Source: Thermoplasmata archaeon (GTDB lineage Archaea > Thermoplasmatota > E2 > DHVEG-1). Taken from it: DNA of 64,000 nt. The notes beneath the pieces are model-generated. The model was not told the DNA's origin and ran no database searches. It worked only from the letters and a program-made list of their open reading frames with translations. How positions within the stretch are numbered: position 1 is the stretch's first letter; each line of letters begins with the position of its first letter. Both the position numbers and the translations under genes were made by a program. The stretch covers positions 1,408 through 65,407 of the forward strand of contig DQIQ01000003.1 in assembly GCA_003942085.1 (NCBI GenBank). Direction: 5' to 3'. Positions 9,262 to 19,441 of the stretch are shown in pieces.

Positions 9262-10887
9262 ATGGTTAATTATATCATAGTGACAGGTGGCGTTATTTCT
9301 GGATTGGGAAAAGGAATTACGACCGCATCAATAGGAAAGATACTTCAGAACCACGGCTACAAGGTAACCGCCATAAAAATCGATCCTTACATCAATTTTG
9401 ATGCTGGGACCTTGCGGCCAACCGAACATGGTGAGGTCTGGGTGACTGAGGATGGCGGGGAAATCGACCAGGACCTCGGTCATTATGAACGTTTTTTGGA
9501 CATCAATATTCCGAAGTGCAACAATATTACGACCGGTCAGGTCTATAGTGCGGTCATCGAAAAAGAACGGAACGGTAAATACCTGGGTAAGACCGTCCAG
9601 CCTATCCCTCATGTGACCGATGAAATCAAACGACGGATTCGAACCCCTGCGGAGGAAACAAAATTTGATTTCGTGCTTGTGGAAATCGGCGGGACTGTTG
9701 GGGATTATGAGAACGTACTGTTCTTGGAAGCGGTCCGTCAGATGAAATATGAGGGCGAAAAAGTAATCTACGTCCATGTCACCTATGTTCCGGTGATGAA
9801 ATCGCTTGGTGAGGCAAAAACCAAACCAACCCAGCATTCCGTAAAACTGCTCCGCGAGATCGGTATTCAACCTGATTTCATCATTACTCGATCTGAAAAA
9901 CCACTTGACGATGTACGAAAGGAAAAAATCGCGTTGTTCTGTAATGTATCTGGTGAGGATGTCATCTCTGATTCCAATATCGATAACGTCTACGGGGTTC
10001 CTTTGTTGTTCGAGGATCAGGAACTCTGCAAGAAGATCTTAAAGAAACTTGGGCTGCGCAAAGAAGAAATTGATTTCAACGTTTGGAAGAACTACATCGC
10101 GAAGATCAAAAAGTTCGATAAAAGGGTAAAAATTGGGATCGTCGGGAAATATTTTGATATTGGTGCGTTTAAGCTTTCTGATTCATATATTTCTGTCATT
10201 GAGGCGGTGAAACATGCTGCGTGGAATAACAACGTTCGACCTGAGATTGAATGGATTGATTCAAAAATCTTTGAAAAACAACCACGGAAGATTGTGAATC
10301 TGAAAAAAGTCGATGGAATCATCGTCCCTGGTGGATTCGGACTGTCTGGTATCGAAGGGAAGATTGCGACCATAAAATATGCTCGTGAGAACAAGATCCC
10401 CTATCTTGGATTGTGTCTGGGGATGCAGCTAGCGGTGGTTGAATACGCGCGGAACATCTGTGGGTTAAAAGGTGCTAACACAACAGAGGTTGAGAAAAAC
10501 ACTCCTTACCCTGTGATTGATTTCATCCCTGATCAGATAAAGATCGTCACGGAATCTCGCTATGGTGCGACCATGCGTCTTGGTGCCTATCCAGCAATTC
10601 TTTCTGAAGGCTCCCTAATACGACGTCTGTATGATGATCAGAACAAGGTCTATGAGCGTCATCGACATCGTTATGAGGTCAATCCGCAATATATTGAGCT
10701 CCTTGAGAAGAAAGGCTTTGTGTTCTCTGGGCGTTCACCTGATGGGGTGCTCATGGAGTTTATGGAGCTGCCTGATCATCCGTATTTTACCGGGACCCAA
10801 GCACACCCTGAGTTTAAATCTCGGCCGATGAAACCAGCGCCTCTGTTCGACGGACTGCTGAAAGCGGCGAAGAAAAAAAAGGAATAG
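9262..10887 (+). CDS. pyrG: CTP synthase
   Basis: MVNYIIVTGGVISGLGKGITTASIG N-terminus and a glutaminase domain with GLCLGMQ and HRHRYEVN. The ATG at 9262 is preferred over the TTG at 9253. Confidence 0.95.
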   Translation: MVNYIIVTGGVISGLGKGITTASIGKILQNHGYKVTAIKIDPYINFDAGTLRPTEHGEVWVTEDGGEIDQDLGHYERFLDINIPKCNNITTGQVYSAVIEKERNGKYLGKTVQPIPHVTDEIKRRIRTPAEETKFDFVLVEIGGTVGDYENVLFLEAVRQMKYEGEKVIYVHVTYVPVMKSLGEAKTKPTQHSVKLLREIGIQPDFIITRSEKPLDDVRKEKIALFCNVSGEDVISDSNIDNVYGVPLLFEDQELCKKILKKLGLRKEEIDFNVWKNYIAKIKKFDKRVKIGIVGKYFDIGAFKLSDSYISVIEAVKHAAWNNNVRPEIEWIDSKIFEKQPRKIVNLKKVDGIIVPGGFGLSGIEGKIATIKYARENKIPYLGLCLGMQLAVVEYARNICGLKGANTTEVEKNTPYPVIDFIPDQIKIVTESRYGATMRLGAYPAILSEGSLIRRLYDDQNKVYERHRHRYEVNPQYIELLEKKGFVFSGRSPDGVLMEFMELPDHPYFTGTQAHPEFKSRPMKPAPLFDGLLKAAKKKKE

Positions 10888-10892
10888 ATCGG

Positions 10893-11915
10893 TTACATCG
10901 TTTTTGGTTCAAAGATCGTTTTATGCAGCAGCAGGTTGCTGCCGAAGAACCAGAGCGGTGGGATCAACGCAACAAGCATGATGTAGCTGTTCAATGAGCT
11001 TAACATGACCGGTGTTGTCGCGTACATGAAAATCACGATGATTCCGATGGATTTCCTGATGCGTGTTCGGTCGAAGGTTTTAATGGAATACAATTTGTAA
11101 ATCGAAAAAAATGTTACAACCGCAAGAAGCACAAGCAATGATATCTGCCAGATGCTCGGATGCAGACCCAGACAAACAAACGGAATAAAAATCAGCGTCA
11201 TCCGCGCTATCTCGATCAGGTATCCAGTTGTTTTAAAAGAGAGTGGTAAAGCGATGATGCCGGCATGGATATGTGCCCCTAAACGGATTGCGATGGTATT
11301 TGCGCTCCCTTCTTTATCGTGATCGATATCTTTTATCGCCCCGTTAATCATATTCATAAAGAGGACTTGTAAACCTCCGATGAGCGCCACGATATAAGCT
11401 AAAGTCGTTGGGGTCCCGATCGTCGATGCTCCAAACAAAATGAGGAAAAAAACAGCACCAGCCACAAAAATATCCATACCCGGGTATTTCTTACTTGCAA
11501 CATCATAGACGGTCGCAAAGAAATAGGCGGTCAGAAGGATGAAGAAAAGAAAGACATAATTGAGAAGCTCTGAAAAAAATACCAGCGAAAGAAGAAACGA
11601 ACCGACCATACAAGAGATGGCAAAGAACGCAGCACGCCTCCGGGAGATACTTCCTCTTACCAATGGTCGTGCTTTGAGGTCATTGGAGAGTTTATCGACT
11701 TTGATATCGATGATATCATTCAGTATGAATCCATAGGCATGGGCAAGACTTCCGATGATAAATAAGATAAGTAATTTCCAGAGCGAAAATGTGTGAAGGT
11801 TCCACATGGACAGCGCACCCAGTACAGGAGCTATCGCGGTAAGTCCCATGTTGAAGAGGCGAGTAATCTCGATATAATCACGAAGCATTAACAAAAAAGT
11901 AAACCGGAGGCCCAT
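10893..11915 (-). CDS. UbiA-family aromatic/isoprenoid prenyltransferase (polytopic membrane protein)
   Basis: First Asp-rich motif NDIIDIKVD and second motif KDIDHDKEG; about 9 hydrophobic helices. Confidence 0.8.
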   Translation of the reverse strand: MGLRFTFLLMLRDYIEITRLFNMGLTAIAPVLGALSMWNLHTFSLWKLLILFIIGSLAHAYGFILNDIIDIKVDKLSNDLKARPLVRGSISRRRAAFFAISCMVGSFLLSLVFFSELLNYVFLFFILLTAYFFATVYDVASKKYPGMDIFVAGAVFFLILFGASTIGTPTTLAYIVALIGGLQVLFMNMINGAIKDIDHDKEGSANTIAIRLGAHIHAGIIALPLSFKTTGYLIEIARMTLIFIPFVCLGLHPSIWQISLLVLLAVVTFFSIYKLYSIKTFDRTRIRKSIGIIVIFMYATTPVMLSSLNSYIMLVALIPPLWFFGSNLLLHKTIFEPKTM

Positions 11916-11973
11916 AAAAAACCATCGGTTTGTAACCTATAGCTTTTTATACCACTCTCTATTTTTTTGACGC

Positions 11974-12990
11974 ATGCTAGAAAAGCTGCGTTCGTTCGCT
12001 GATATCGGCAGAACACAAGGTATCACCACGACTGCATCTATTGCTTTAGTCGGTGCATTGACCTCGACGGTTACAGTCCAATGGTACCATATCGTCTATC
12101 TTTCGATTCTTTCCATCATCTCTCATATGGCACTGAACACCTACATCGCGTTAGGAGACATCGAACTTGATGCGCATACCTACGTCCCCTCAAGAAACCC
12201 AGTCTCGATGGGTATTATGTCAAAAAAGGAGGCGATGTGCTTTGTCTATGGAGGAACCCTTGCCTGTATTGTTCTAATCGCTCTTCTCCTCATTTCTCTT
12301 GATGGACTCTCCGTTCTCATGTGTTTTCTGTGCTTCCTTCCGGCCTATGGCTCGCTGCTTTGGTATGGCTGGAAAGGAAAGAGAGTCCTGGTCTCCTATG
12401 ATTTTTCGTTTTCGATTTCCTATTCCTTTTTTGTGCTTTTTGGGGTGTTTGCCATCGGTGGATTTCCAACGATGTACACCTGGTTTTTCATTGGAGTTGT
12501 GGTGTTTGCAGCAACCGCGTTTGCCCAATGGGAAAATGGTTTGAAAGACGTTGATGCTGACCGCAGCGTTGGTGTAAAAAGTTTGGCAGTCATAACCCAT
12601 GTGAAAAACAATGAAAAACTACATGGAACGCACCCCTATTTCCTCTACGGATGCGCATTAAAAGCGGGTTTTCTCCTTTTTGTTTTTCTAGCTTTTTGGT
12701 ACACGAAGAGCATCTCCTATCTTTTTTTCATTATATTGTATGGGGTCCCATCCCAGCTTTACATCATGTATCGGTTTTTAGTAAAACAAAAACCACTCGA
12801 GCACCGAAGAACGATTCTCCTGGACGTTACCTTTGCTGCAATCCTTGGTTACTCAACGATCTTTGCTTACACCGGTATCGTCCCTATTTTATTACTCATC
12901 GTCTATCTGATCGGTGGATACTTGATAGGATCTTTGATTCAAAAGAACAGTGAATTTAAATTTGGAAGGTTCTCGTCTTCAACAAAATAG
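11974..12990 (+). CDS. UbiA-family prenyltransferase paralogue (divergent)
   Basis: Asp-rich motifs LGDIELD and LKDVDADRSVG; polytopic. Divergently oriented to the neighbouring UbiA gene. Confidence 0.7.
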   Translation: MLEKLRSFADIGRTQGITTTASIALVGALTSTVTVQWYHIVYLSILSIISHMALNTYIALGDIELDAHTYVPSRNPVSMGIMSKKEAMCFVYGGTLACIVLIALLLISLDGLSVLMCFLCFLPAYGSLLWYGWKGKRVLVSYDFSFSISYSFFVLFGVFAIGGFPTMYTWFFIGVVVFAATAFAQWENGLKDVDADRSVGVKSLAVITHVKNNEKLHGTHPYFLYGCALKAGFLLFVFLAFWYTKSISYLFFIILYGVPSQLYIMYRFLVKQKPLEHRRTILLDVTFAAILGYSTIFAYTGIVPILLLIVYLIGGYLIGSLIQKNSEFKFGRFSSSTK

Positions 12991-12998
12991 AGAGTATC

Positions 12999-14384
12999 CT
13001 ATTTGTTGTTTTTCAAATAATCATCAATCGCTCTGGCTGCTCTTTTTCCAGCACCCATGGCAAGAATAACGGTTGCAGCCCCCGTCGCAATATCACCGCC
13101 AGCAAAGATACCTGGTAACGATGTTCGCCCGTCATCATCAGCGATGATATTCCCATGTTTCCCAACTTTTAGGTCTTTCATGGTTTGTGGTATCAAAGGA
13201 TTTGGGCTCTGTCCAATTGCGACAAGCGCTGTATCAATAGCTAACTTTTCTTCAGAGCCGATTATGGGGACGGGTCGTCTTCTACCAGAGTCATCAGGTT
13301 CCCCTAATTGCATTTTCAGATATTCAACTGCTTTGAGGATTCCTTTCTCATCTCCGATGAATCGAATCGGGGCGGTCAGTAGTTTGAAAACTACTCCCTC
13401 TTGTTTTGCATGTTCGATTTCCTCAGCACGTGCCGGCATCTCTGCTTCTGTTCTGCGATACAGGATATATGATTTTTCTGCACCTAAACGCAGCGCAGTC
13501 CGCGCGCAGTCCATCGCAACATTGCCTGCGCCGAACGTCACAACGACTTTACCAATTTTGACTGGTGTGTCGTATTCAGGGAACCGATAAGCCTTCATCA
13601 TATTCACTCTTGTAAGGAATTCGTTTGCTGAATAGACGCCATCAAGGTTCTCGCCAGGGATGTTCAACCAATTCGGAAGACCAGCACCAGTGCCGATGAA
13701 CACCGCATCAAACTCGTCCCTTAACTCCTGGACCGTGATGGATTTTCCAACCACGACGTCATAGTTGATATCGACTCCGAGACTTTTGATATACTCAACT
13801 TCAGATTTCACGATTGCTTTCGGGAGACGAAACTCAGGGATCCCATACATCAACACCCCGCCGGGGTCATGTAACGCCTCAAAGACCGTGACGATATGCC
13901 CCATCCGTGCAAGATCACCTGCGCAGGTCAGCCCTGCTGGACCTGAACCGACCACGGCGACGCTCTTTCCAGTTGACTTTGGCTTCTGTGGAGGTTTTTT
14001 CCCTTTTTCTCGTTCGAAATCAGCAATGAATCGCTCCAATCTGCCGATACCGACTGGTTCACCGATCTTTTTAAGGGTGCATTCTCCTTCGCATTGGCTC
14101 TCATAGGGGCAGACACGCCCAGAGATAGCTGGGAGGTTGTTTTTCGCTTTGATGACCTCTGCTGCCTTCTCAAAATCACCTTGGGCAATACAACCAATAA
14201 AACCAGGGATGTCGATTTCTACAGGGCAGCCTTTCATACACGGTTTGTTTTTACACTGAAGGCAGCGCTTTGCTTCCTCAATTGCTATCTCCTTGCTATA
14301 ACCGTACGGTACTTCTTTGAAATTTTTTATCCGCTCTTGTGGAGGTTGTTCTGGCATGTCGTGTTTGGTTTTTCGAACGCTCAT
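12999..14384 (-). CDS. NfnB / SudA / GltD-like NADPH-dependent oxidoreductase large subunit (glutamate synthase small-chain family)
   Basis: N-terminal 2x[4Fe-4S]-type Cys clusters (CLQCKNKPCMKGCP, CPYESQCEGEC), FAD/NAD Rossmann motifs VAVVGSGPAGL and VVTFGAGNVAMD, and a C-terminal GDIATGAATV. Confidence 0.85.
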   Translation of the reverse strand: MSVRKTKHDMPEQPPQERIKNFKEVPYGYSKEIAIEEAKRCLQCKNKPCMKGCPVEIDIPGFIGCIAQGDFEKAAEVIKAKNNLPAISGRVCPYESQCEGECTLKKIGEPVGIGRLERFIADFEREKGKKPPQKPKSTGKSVAVVGSGPAGLTCAGDLARMGHIVTVFEALHDPGGVLMYGIPEFRLPKAIVKSEVEYIKSLGVDINYDVVVGKSITVQELRDEFDAVFIGTGAGLPNWLNIPGENLDGVYSANEFLTRVNMMKAYRFPEYDTPVKIGKVVVTFGAGNVAMDCARTALRLGAEKSYILYRRTEAEMPARAEEIEHAKQEGVVFKLLTAPIRFIGDEKGILKAVEYLKMQLGEPDDSGRRRPVPIIGSEEKLAIDTALVAIGQSPNPLIPQTMKDLKVGKHGNIIADDDGRTSLPGIFAGGDIATGAATVILAMGAGKRAARAIDDYLKNNK

Positions 14385-15202
14385 TGGTCACCTGCCAGTT
14401 TGCATGATTCTCCTTCCGCATGGACAAAACGGCGGTTCCGAAGCATTAAATTGTCATAATCCACTTTATGACCGTCAAACTCAGGACCGTCAACACACGC
14501 AAATTTCGTCTTGCCATCAATCGAGACGCGGCATCCTCCGCACATCCCGGTCCCATCAACCATAATGGGGTTCAAACTCACCAGGGTTTTAATATTGTAT
14601 TTTTTTGTAAGATTGGACACGACCTTCATCATGATGATCGGGCCGATCGCCATGACCATTTCGACCTTGTGTTTATCGATGACCTGCTGTAGTACATCAC
14701 TAACAAATCCCTTATGACCTTTTGAGCCGTCATCGGTCGCGATATAAAATTCATCGCTAAACGCGCGAATTTCTGGTTCTAAAAGCAGGAGATCTTTAGA
14801 TTTTGCACCAAGGATTGAAATCACAAAATTTCCTTCTTTTTTCAATGCCTTAACAATCGGATATAACGGAGCGATGCCAACTCCTCCACCGACACACACA
14901 ACGGTTCCGTATTTTTTTACCTCGGATGGCATCCCCAGTGGTCCTGCAAAATTTTCTAGCGAATCACCAACATGCAGTAATCCAAGTTGTTTCGTGGTTT
15001 TTCCAACCTCGAGAAAAATAATAGTTACCGTTCCTTCTTTTGGATCTGAGTCTGCAATCGTCAAAGGGATACGTTCCCCTTTTTCATCTATTCTTAAAAT
15101 GATGAATTGACCAGGTAATGCTTTCTTAGCAACCAACGGGGCTTTTATTTTTAAAAGCTTTACATTTTCGGATAATATCTTTTTATCAACAATCGGATAC
15201 AT
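14381..15202 (-). CDS. NfnA / SudB-like ferredoxin-NADP reductase-type small subunit (FAD/NAD-binding, C-terminal 2Fe-2S)
   Basis: PGQFIILRI, VCVGGGVGIAPL and the C-terminal Cys cluster MVDGTGMCGGCRV...CVDGPEF. It shows ATGA overlap with the downstream large subunit. The ATG at 15200-15202 is preferred over the TTG at 15223. Confidence 0.8.
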   Translation of the reverse strand: MYPIVDKKILSENVKLLKIKAPLVAKKALPGQFIILRIDEKGERIPLTIADSDPKEGTVTIIFLEVGKTTKQLGLLHVGDSLENFAGPLGMPSEVKKYGTVVCVGGGVGIAPLYPIVKALKKEGNFVISILGAKSKDLLLLEPEIRAFSDEFYIATDDGSKGHKGFVSDVLQQVIDKHKVEMVMAIGPIIMMKVVSNLTKKYNIKTLVSLNPIMVDGTGMCGGCRVSIDGKTKFACVDGPEFDGHKVDYDNLMLRNRRFVHAEGESCKLAGDQ

Positions 15203-15342
15203 AGAACCCCTCTGGAAATACAATCCTTTGTAGTAACCGTAATTAGGAGGAATTTTAATAGTTTATGATATCCTTATAAAGAGCCAAAATTTATTAAGAA
15301 TCAACAGATGGCACGCGTAACGATTTATAATGTGGTGGAACG

Positions 15343-16197
15343 TTGAAAGGCATCTTTGTATCTGATATTCATGGAAACATCCCGCGATTCCAACGTCTCT
15401 TTCAAATCATTAGACACGAGACACCGGAAGCTGTTTTTTTTGGAGGAGATCTTCTTCCCATTCATCCAATAAAACACAATTCCATGGAAGAATTTATTGA
15501 AACTACTATTTTTTCAGAAATAAAAGATATACTAAACGACTTTGATAATAAAATCCGATTTTTCATTATCCTTGGTAACGACGATCCGCGAATGTATGAA
15601 CAACTTTTTATTGATGCAGACAAGTCAGGTTTCTTAAATTACATTCATCAAAAAACCATTTCCTATAAAAAAATATATGTGACAGGATATTCGTTTATTC
15701 CTCCGACACCGTTTCAACTAAAGGATTGGGAGCGTTACGACGTGTCCCAGTATGTCGATGTTGGAGCAGTATCGCCAGAACTAGGGATTCGGACAATTGA
15801 CGTTCCGCTCGATGAAATAAAATATTCAACGATTGCCGAAGATGTAGAAAAAATTTCAAAACAGAGTCCTTCAGAAAAAACCATCTATCTGTTTCATTCA
15901 CCACCGTATCATTCATGTCTTGACCGAGCAGACCTCGCTGGGAAAAAAGTTGACCATGCGCCTATGGATGTCCATGTGGGAAGTATTGCAATCCAGCGTT
16001 TCATCACCACACATCAACCTTTGTTGACATTACATGGTCATGTCCATGAATCCGCACGCATCACAGGAGTATGGAAAGAAAAAATCGGGTCTACGTATTC
16101 GTTTACCGCAGCCCATGATGGACCTGAGCTTGCAATCGTACGATTTGATACCGATTATTTGGAGAATGCAATCCGGGAACTAATCTCTGTTTCTTAG
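15343..16197 (+). CDS. Metallophosphoesterase family protein
   Basis: IFVSDIHGN, FFGGDLLP, LGNDDP and HGHVHE motifs; TTG start inferred. Its 3' end overlaps the convergent giant gene by 4 nt. Confidence 0.7.
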   Translation: MKGIFVSDIHGNIPRFQRLFQIIRHETPEAVFFGGDLLPIHPIKHNSMEEFIETTIFSEIKDILNDFDNKIRFFIILGNDDPRMYEQLFIDADKSGFLNYIHQKTISYKKIYVTGYSFIPPTPFQLKDWERYDVSQYVDVGAVSPELGIRTIDVPLDEIKYSTIAEDVEKISKQSPSEKTIYLFHSPPYHSCLDRADLAGKKVDHAPMDVHVGSIAIQRFITTHQPLLTLHGHVHESARITGVWKEKIGSTYSFTAAHDGPELAIVRFDTDYLENAIRELISVS

Positions 16198-19100
16198 TTA
16201 TCTTTTTTCAGGGAGATCTTCCGTACGGTCTGATATGGGGACGTGATGTGAGAAGCCCAGGAGCTTTTCTTTTTAATATCCTCATCGGTGATAATATGGA
16301 CATCGAGGAGACCTTCGGTATCAAAACCAGTACGTTCTTTATTCTCCTTAGCGAGTTTTTTCCCCCATTCATCGAACCATACCATTAATTTGTCCTTCTG
16401 CTCATCAGTCCCTTTGAAATGCACGAGCAGATCGATATCACTCGTCGGACCGGGACTTCCGTCTTTCGTACTCCCGATAAGATACATCTCTTGAATGCCA
16501 TATAATTGAGGATCAAGAGCCTGTGCAATCTCTTCAATCTTCTGCGTCCGCCAGGTGAGATGATCAGCTGGTTTCAGATAAGCAAGTGCTTCGTTTGCCT
16601 CGCCATCCATGACGACGGAGAGGGTCCCGCCTGGGATGATATCGGAGATTTTTACGAGACGTACCACATCCTCGAAGTTCTTATACGCCGGAAGCACATT
16701 CGTCAAACTGTTTTCCGATTCAAAGAGCATTTTCTCATTGAAAAGATCTTCTCCTTGATCAGGATATAAGGGGAGATACCGGATGTTTGATTCCACCAAA
16801 TCTTGGAAGAAATGCGTTCCGAAGGAAAGCTCAGGGATATATCCACCTTTTTCTTTTGCTATTTCTAACATCATAGCAGTGTTGTTTATATCCCCATACC
16901 TTACCGGAACGCCTAATTTTATATCTCCTTTACTACCCCATCGCCCAGGACCCATCAGAATAAACTTTCTTTTCGGAAGCTTTACGTTTAATTCACTGAC
17001 GATTTTCGCAACCTTCTGCATTTGTTCTCTCTTGGTAAGGTTCGTATATTCCTCGGGGATGACGTAGACGATATATTCTATGTTTTCAATCTGAGCGGTA
17101 GTTACGTATTTTTTCGTAGAAAAGAGTTTCCGGTCATCAGGAATGTCTTTTGGTACCGGTTTTCGTTCAATGCCCAGGGATTGACTTTGCGGGCGGCACT
17201 GCAGTATAAAAAGGTTTTTCCCATCACAGGCGAATTCCACATCAACCGGGGTGCTTATTTTTTCTTCTAATAAAGCCAATATGCGTTTTATTTTTTCGAG
17301 AAAATCGCTTTTTTCGAAAAGATTGGAGAAGGTGACAACGATATCTGCATTCTCTGGGTTGAAAAGAACACTTGGGGGGCTGAGTCGCCCGCTTTCATGG
17401 ATTGAGACGATATCACTGAGTTTCGGAAATTCTTCTGCATGTTCTCTGAAGAATTTCACCGCGTCAACAGTTTCGATAATGCCGGTTTCTAAATTAATCA
17501 TATCCATGTACCGAGGTGAGTATTTGATCCTTTCTTCAACTAGGGGGTTGACATGAAGATTTGGTCTTTTCGGTGAAATCAATATCGGGTAATCATTCCC
17601 CATTCTATCGACAGCCCGTGTACCAAGACCCGGGACAATGCGAATCATCCCGTCCTCTCTACTGATGCGGGGAGACCAACGGAACTCGTTTCTACTGAAG
17701 GCAACTCCTGCATACGTTGGTAGAAAATACGGTCCGACCCTGGTTCCAACAACCTCTTGAATCAAAATCCCCATTTCCTCGTTGAAATCAAGGAGTCCTC
17801 GCTCACGTCGGTATTCAATAGGGTCAGGGCTGAATGTGGATGCGTATACCTCTGCGATAGCATCCATAAGCGCATGGAGTCGTTCCTCTTCAGTGCCTAA
17901 ATTCGGGACAAATAAGCTTTTATATTTCCCTGAAAAAGCGTACCCGAAGCTATCCTCAAGGAGACTTGAGGAACGGACAATGATGGGGCTGTCTTTGAAA
18001 TCTCGGATAATCCGACGTAATCCTTCGACGATTTCATACGGGAACGATGAATGTTTAAAAATCTGCTCTAAAAATGGTTGTTCCTGGCGGATCTCAATCG
18101 GATCCAAATATTTTACATGAGACACTTCATCTAAATCGTTATAGTGAATAAATGATAAGATGGAATCGGAGGTAAGATACCAATTTTTTGGGAATGTGAT
18201 ATCTTTTAGGACATCATCTTTTTTCATCTCTTCTTTGATGATTTTCTCCGCAAGGAGCACACCTGATGATTTTCCTCCTAATTTTCCTGTACCTTGCGCT
18301 GGACCAACAACATGTTCTAATAGGTTATCAAAGTCAGCGACATCAAAAAACATTTTTGCAACATTGACATACTCTAGACGTTCTGTGAAAAACCGTCGAA
18401 TTAATGCAGTTTTAATACTCATTTGATCTTCCGGGGAAATCGATAGTTCTGCGTCCGGTTGGTCAAAGAACCTATTTAACTCAGCAGCAATCTCAACTAA
18501 AGGAATCCCTGCTTTTTGAGATTGAAGAAGTAATGGTCGGGCTTTATCCTGTTTCATCCAATTCGCGAATAAGTTTGAGATATCTTCTGCAGGGATGCAT
18601 TCTTTTGCAATTTCAAAAACCTCTCTTTGTATTGTCACCAAATCATTGAGATTTTGTCGTTGATTTGGCATATGAATACCGCGAAAGTCAATCGCACTTG
18701 AATCACTATCAACGGAAGGTGCAATTCGATTTAATAGTGCGCTGACCTTCTCATTTTCAATTCGATACAGATAATAGGTCATCTTTCTAGTTATTCGGAG
18801 TAATGTACGAGGATCGGTTTTTACGAGTAGATCAAGGATGACTTCCCAATTATGTTTTTTCTCAGGGGTTTTTGATTTCGCAGCAGTCTCCTTTTCTTCT
18901 GCCTTCATTATTTTTTGAACGTAATCTAATCGTTTTCTTTGCTGCTCAAGTTCTTCTTTGATGCGTCGTTCTTCAATAAATTTTCCCAGAAGACTGGCAA
19001 TTGCATCGATTAACCGTCGTTCCTCTAGTAGGAACGGACCCTCTGCAGCATGAGGTTTTTCTTCAAGATAAGTAACCTCTAGTCGACCTATTTTTTTTTC

Positions 19101-19397
19101 ATCAACGATAATCTCGCTTTCCTGTGTCCATTTTGTTTTTTTGTAGTTCTCGGTCTTGAATTCTTTCCGTCCTACAAGATTAATTCGTACGCAGGTAATC
19201 TCAGGAAATTGCCAGGCGGGTGACATTAGATTGGTTATTTTCTGCAACGCTTCATCGATAGAGAGTTTACTATCATTGACAATCTTTGTTATCTGGTAAA
19301 AGCAGTTGAGCTCTTTTACCCGTTCTTTGAGCTCCCGCATCATGTTTCCGTTAGTGGATTCATTAATTTTATCGTCCATGGTAATCTCCTGTGCCAT
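16194..19397 (-). CDS. 1067-aa multidomain protein: sensor-like N-terminal module + coiled coil + PEP/pyruvate-binding ATP-grasp (PPDK_N-type) + unassigned GPGRWGS domain + C-terminal Pol-beta-type nucleotidyltransferase
   Basis: PPDK_N motifs: GKLGGKSSGVLLA, IIVRSSSLLEDS, MGILIQEVVG, GLGTRAVD, VDVEFACDGKNLFILQCRP. NTase motif: IGSTKDGSPGPTSDIDLLVHF (G-S-x9-12-D-x-D). I saw no GGxTSHAAI-type swivel histidine motif. Confidence 0.8.
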   Translation of the reverse strand: MAQEITMDDKINESTNGNMMRELKERVKELNCFYQITKIVNDSKLSIDEALQKITNLMSPAWQFPEITCVRINLVGRKEFKTENYKKTKWTQESEIIVDEKKIGRLEVTYLEEKPHAAEGPFLLEERRLIDAIASLLGKFIEERRIKEELEQQRKRLDYVQKIMKAEEKETAAKSKTPEKKHNWEVILDLLVKTDPRTLLRITRKMTYYLYRIENEKVSALLNRIAPSVDSDSSAIDFRGIHMPNQRQNLNDLVTIQREVFEIAKECIPAEDISNLFANWMKQDKARPLLLQSQKAGIPLVEIAAELNRFFDQPDAELSISPEDQMSIKTALIRRFFTERLEYVNVAKMFFDVADFDNLLEHVVGPAQGTGKLGGKSSGVLLAEKIIKEEMKKDDVLKDITFPKNWYLTSDSILSFIHYNDLDEVSHVKYLDPIEIRQEQPFLEQIFKHSSFPYEIVEGLRRIIRDFKDSPIIVRSSSLLEDSFGYAFSGKYKSLFVPNLGTEEERLHALMDAIAEVYASTFSPDPIEYRRERGLLDFNEEMGILIQEVVGTRVGPYFLPTYAGVAFSRNEFRWSPRISREDGMIRIVPGLGTRAVDRMGNDYPILISPKRPNLHVNPLVEERIKYSPRYMDMINLETGIIETVDAVKFFREHAEEFPKLSDIVSIHESGRLSPPSVLFNPENADIVVTFSNLFEKSDFLEKIKRILALLEEKISTPVDVEFACDGKNLFILQCRPQSQSLGIERKPVPKDIPDDRKLFSTKKYVTTAQIENIEYIVYVIPEEYTNLTKREQMQKVAKIVSELNVKLPKRKFILMGPGRWGSKGDIKLGVPVRYGDINNTAMMLEIAKEKGGYIPELSFGTHFFQDLVESNIRYLPLYPDQGEDLFNEKMLFESENSLTNVLPAYKNFEDVVRLVKISDIIPGGTLSVVMDGEANEALAYLKPADHLTWRTQKIEEIAQALDPQLYGIQEMYLIGSTKDGSPGPTSDIDLLVHFKGTDEQKDKLMVWFDEWGKKLAKENKERTGFDTEGLLDVHIITDEDIKKKSSWASHITSPYQTVRKISLKKDN

Positions 19398-19441
19398 TCT
19401 GATTGTCTCCCATTCCGCTCATATTATCAAATGTAGTACCA

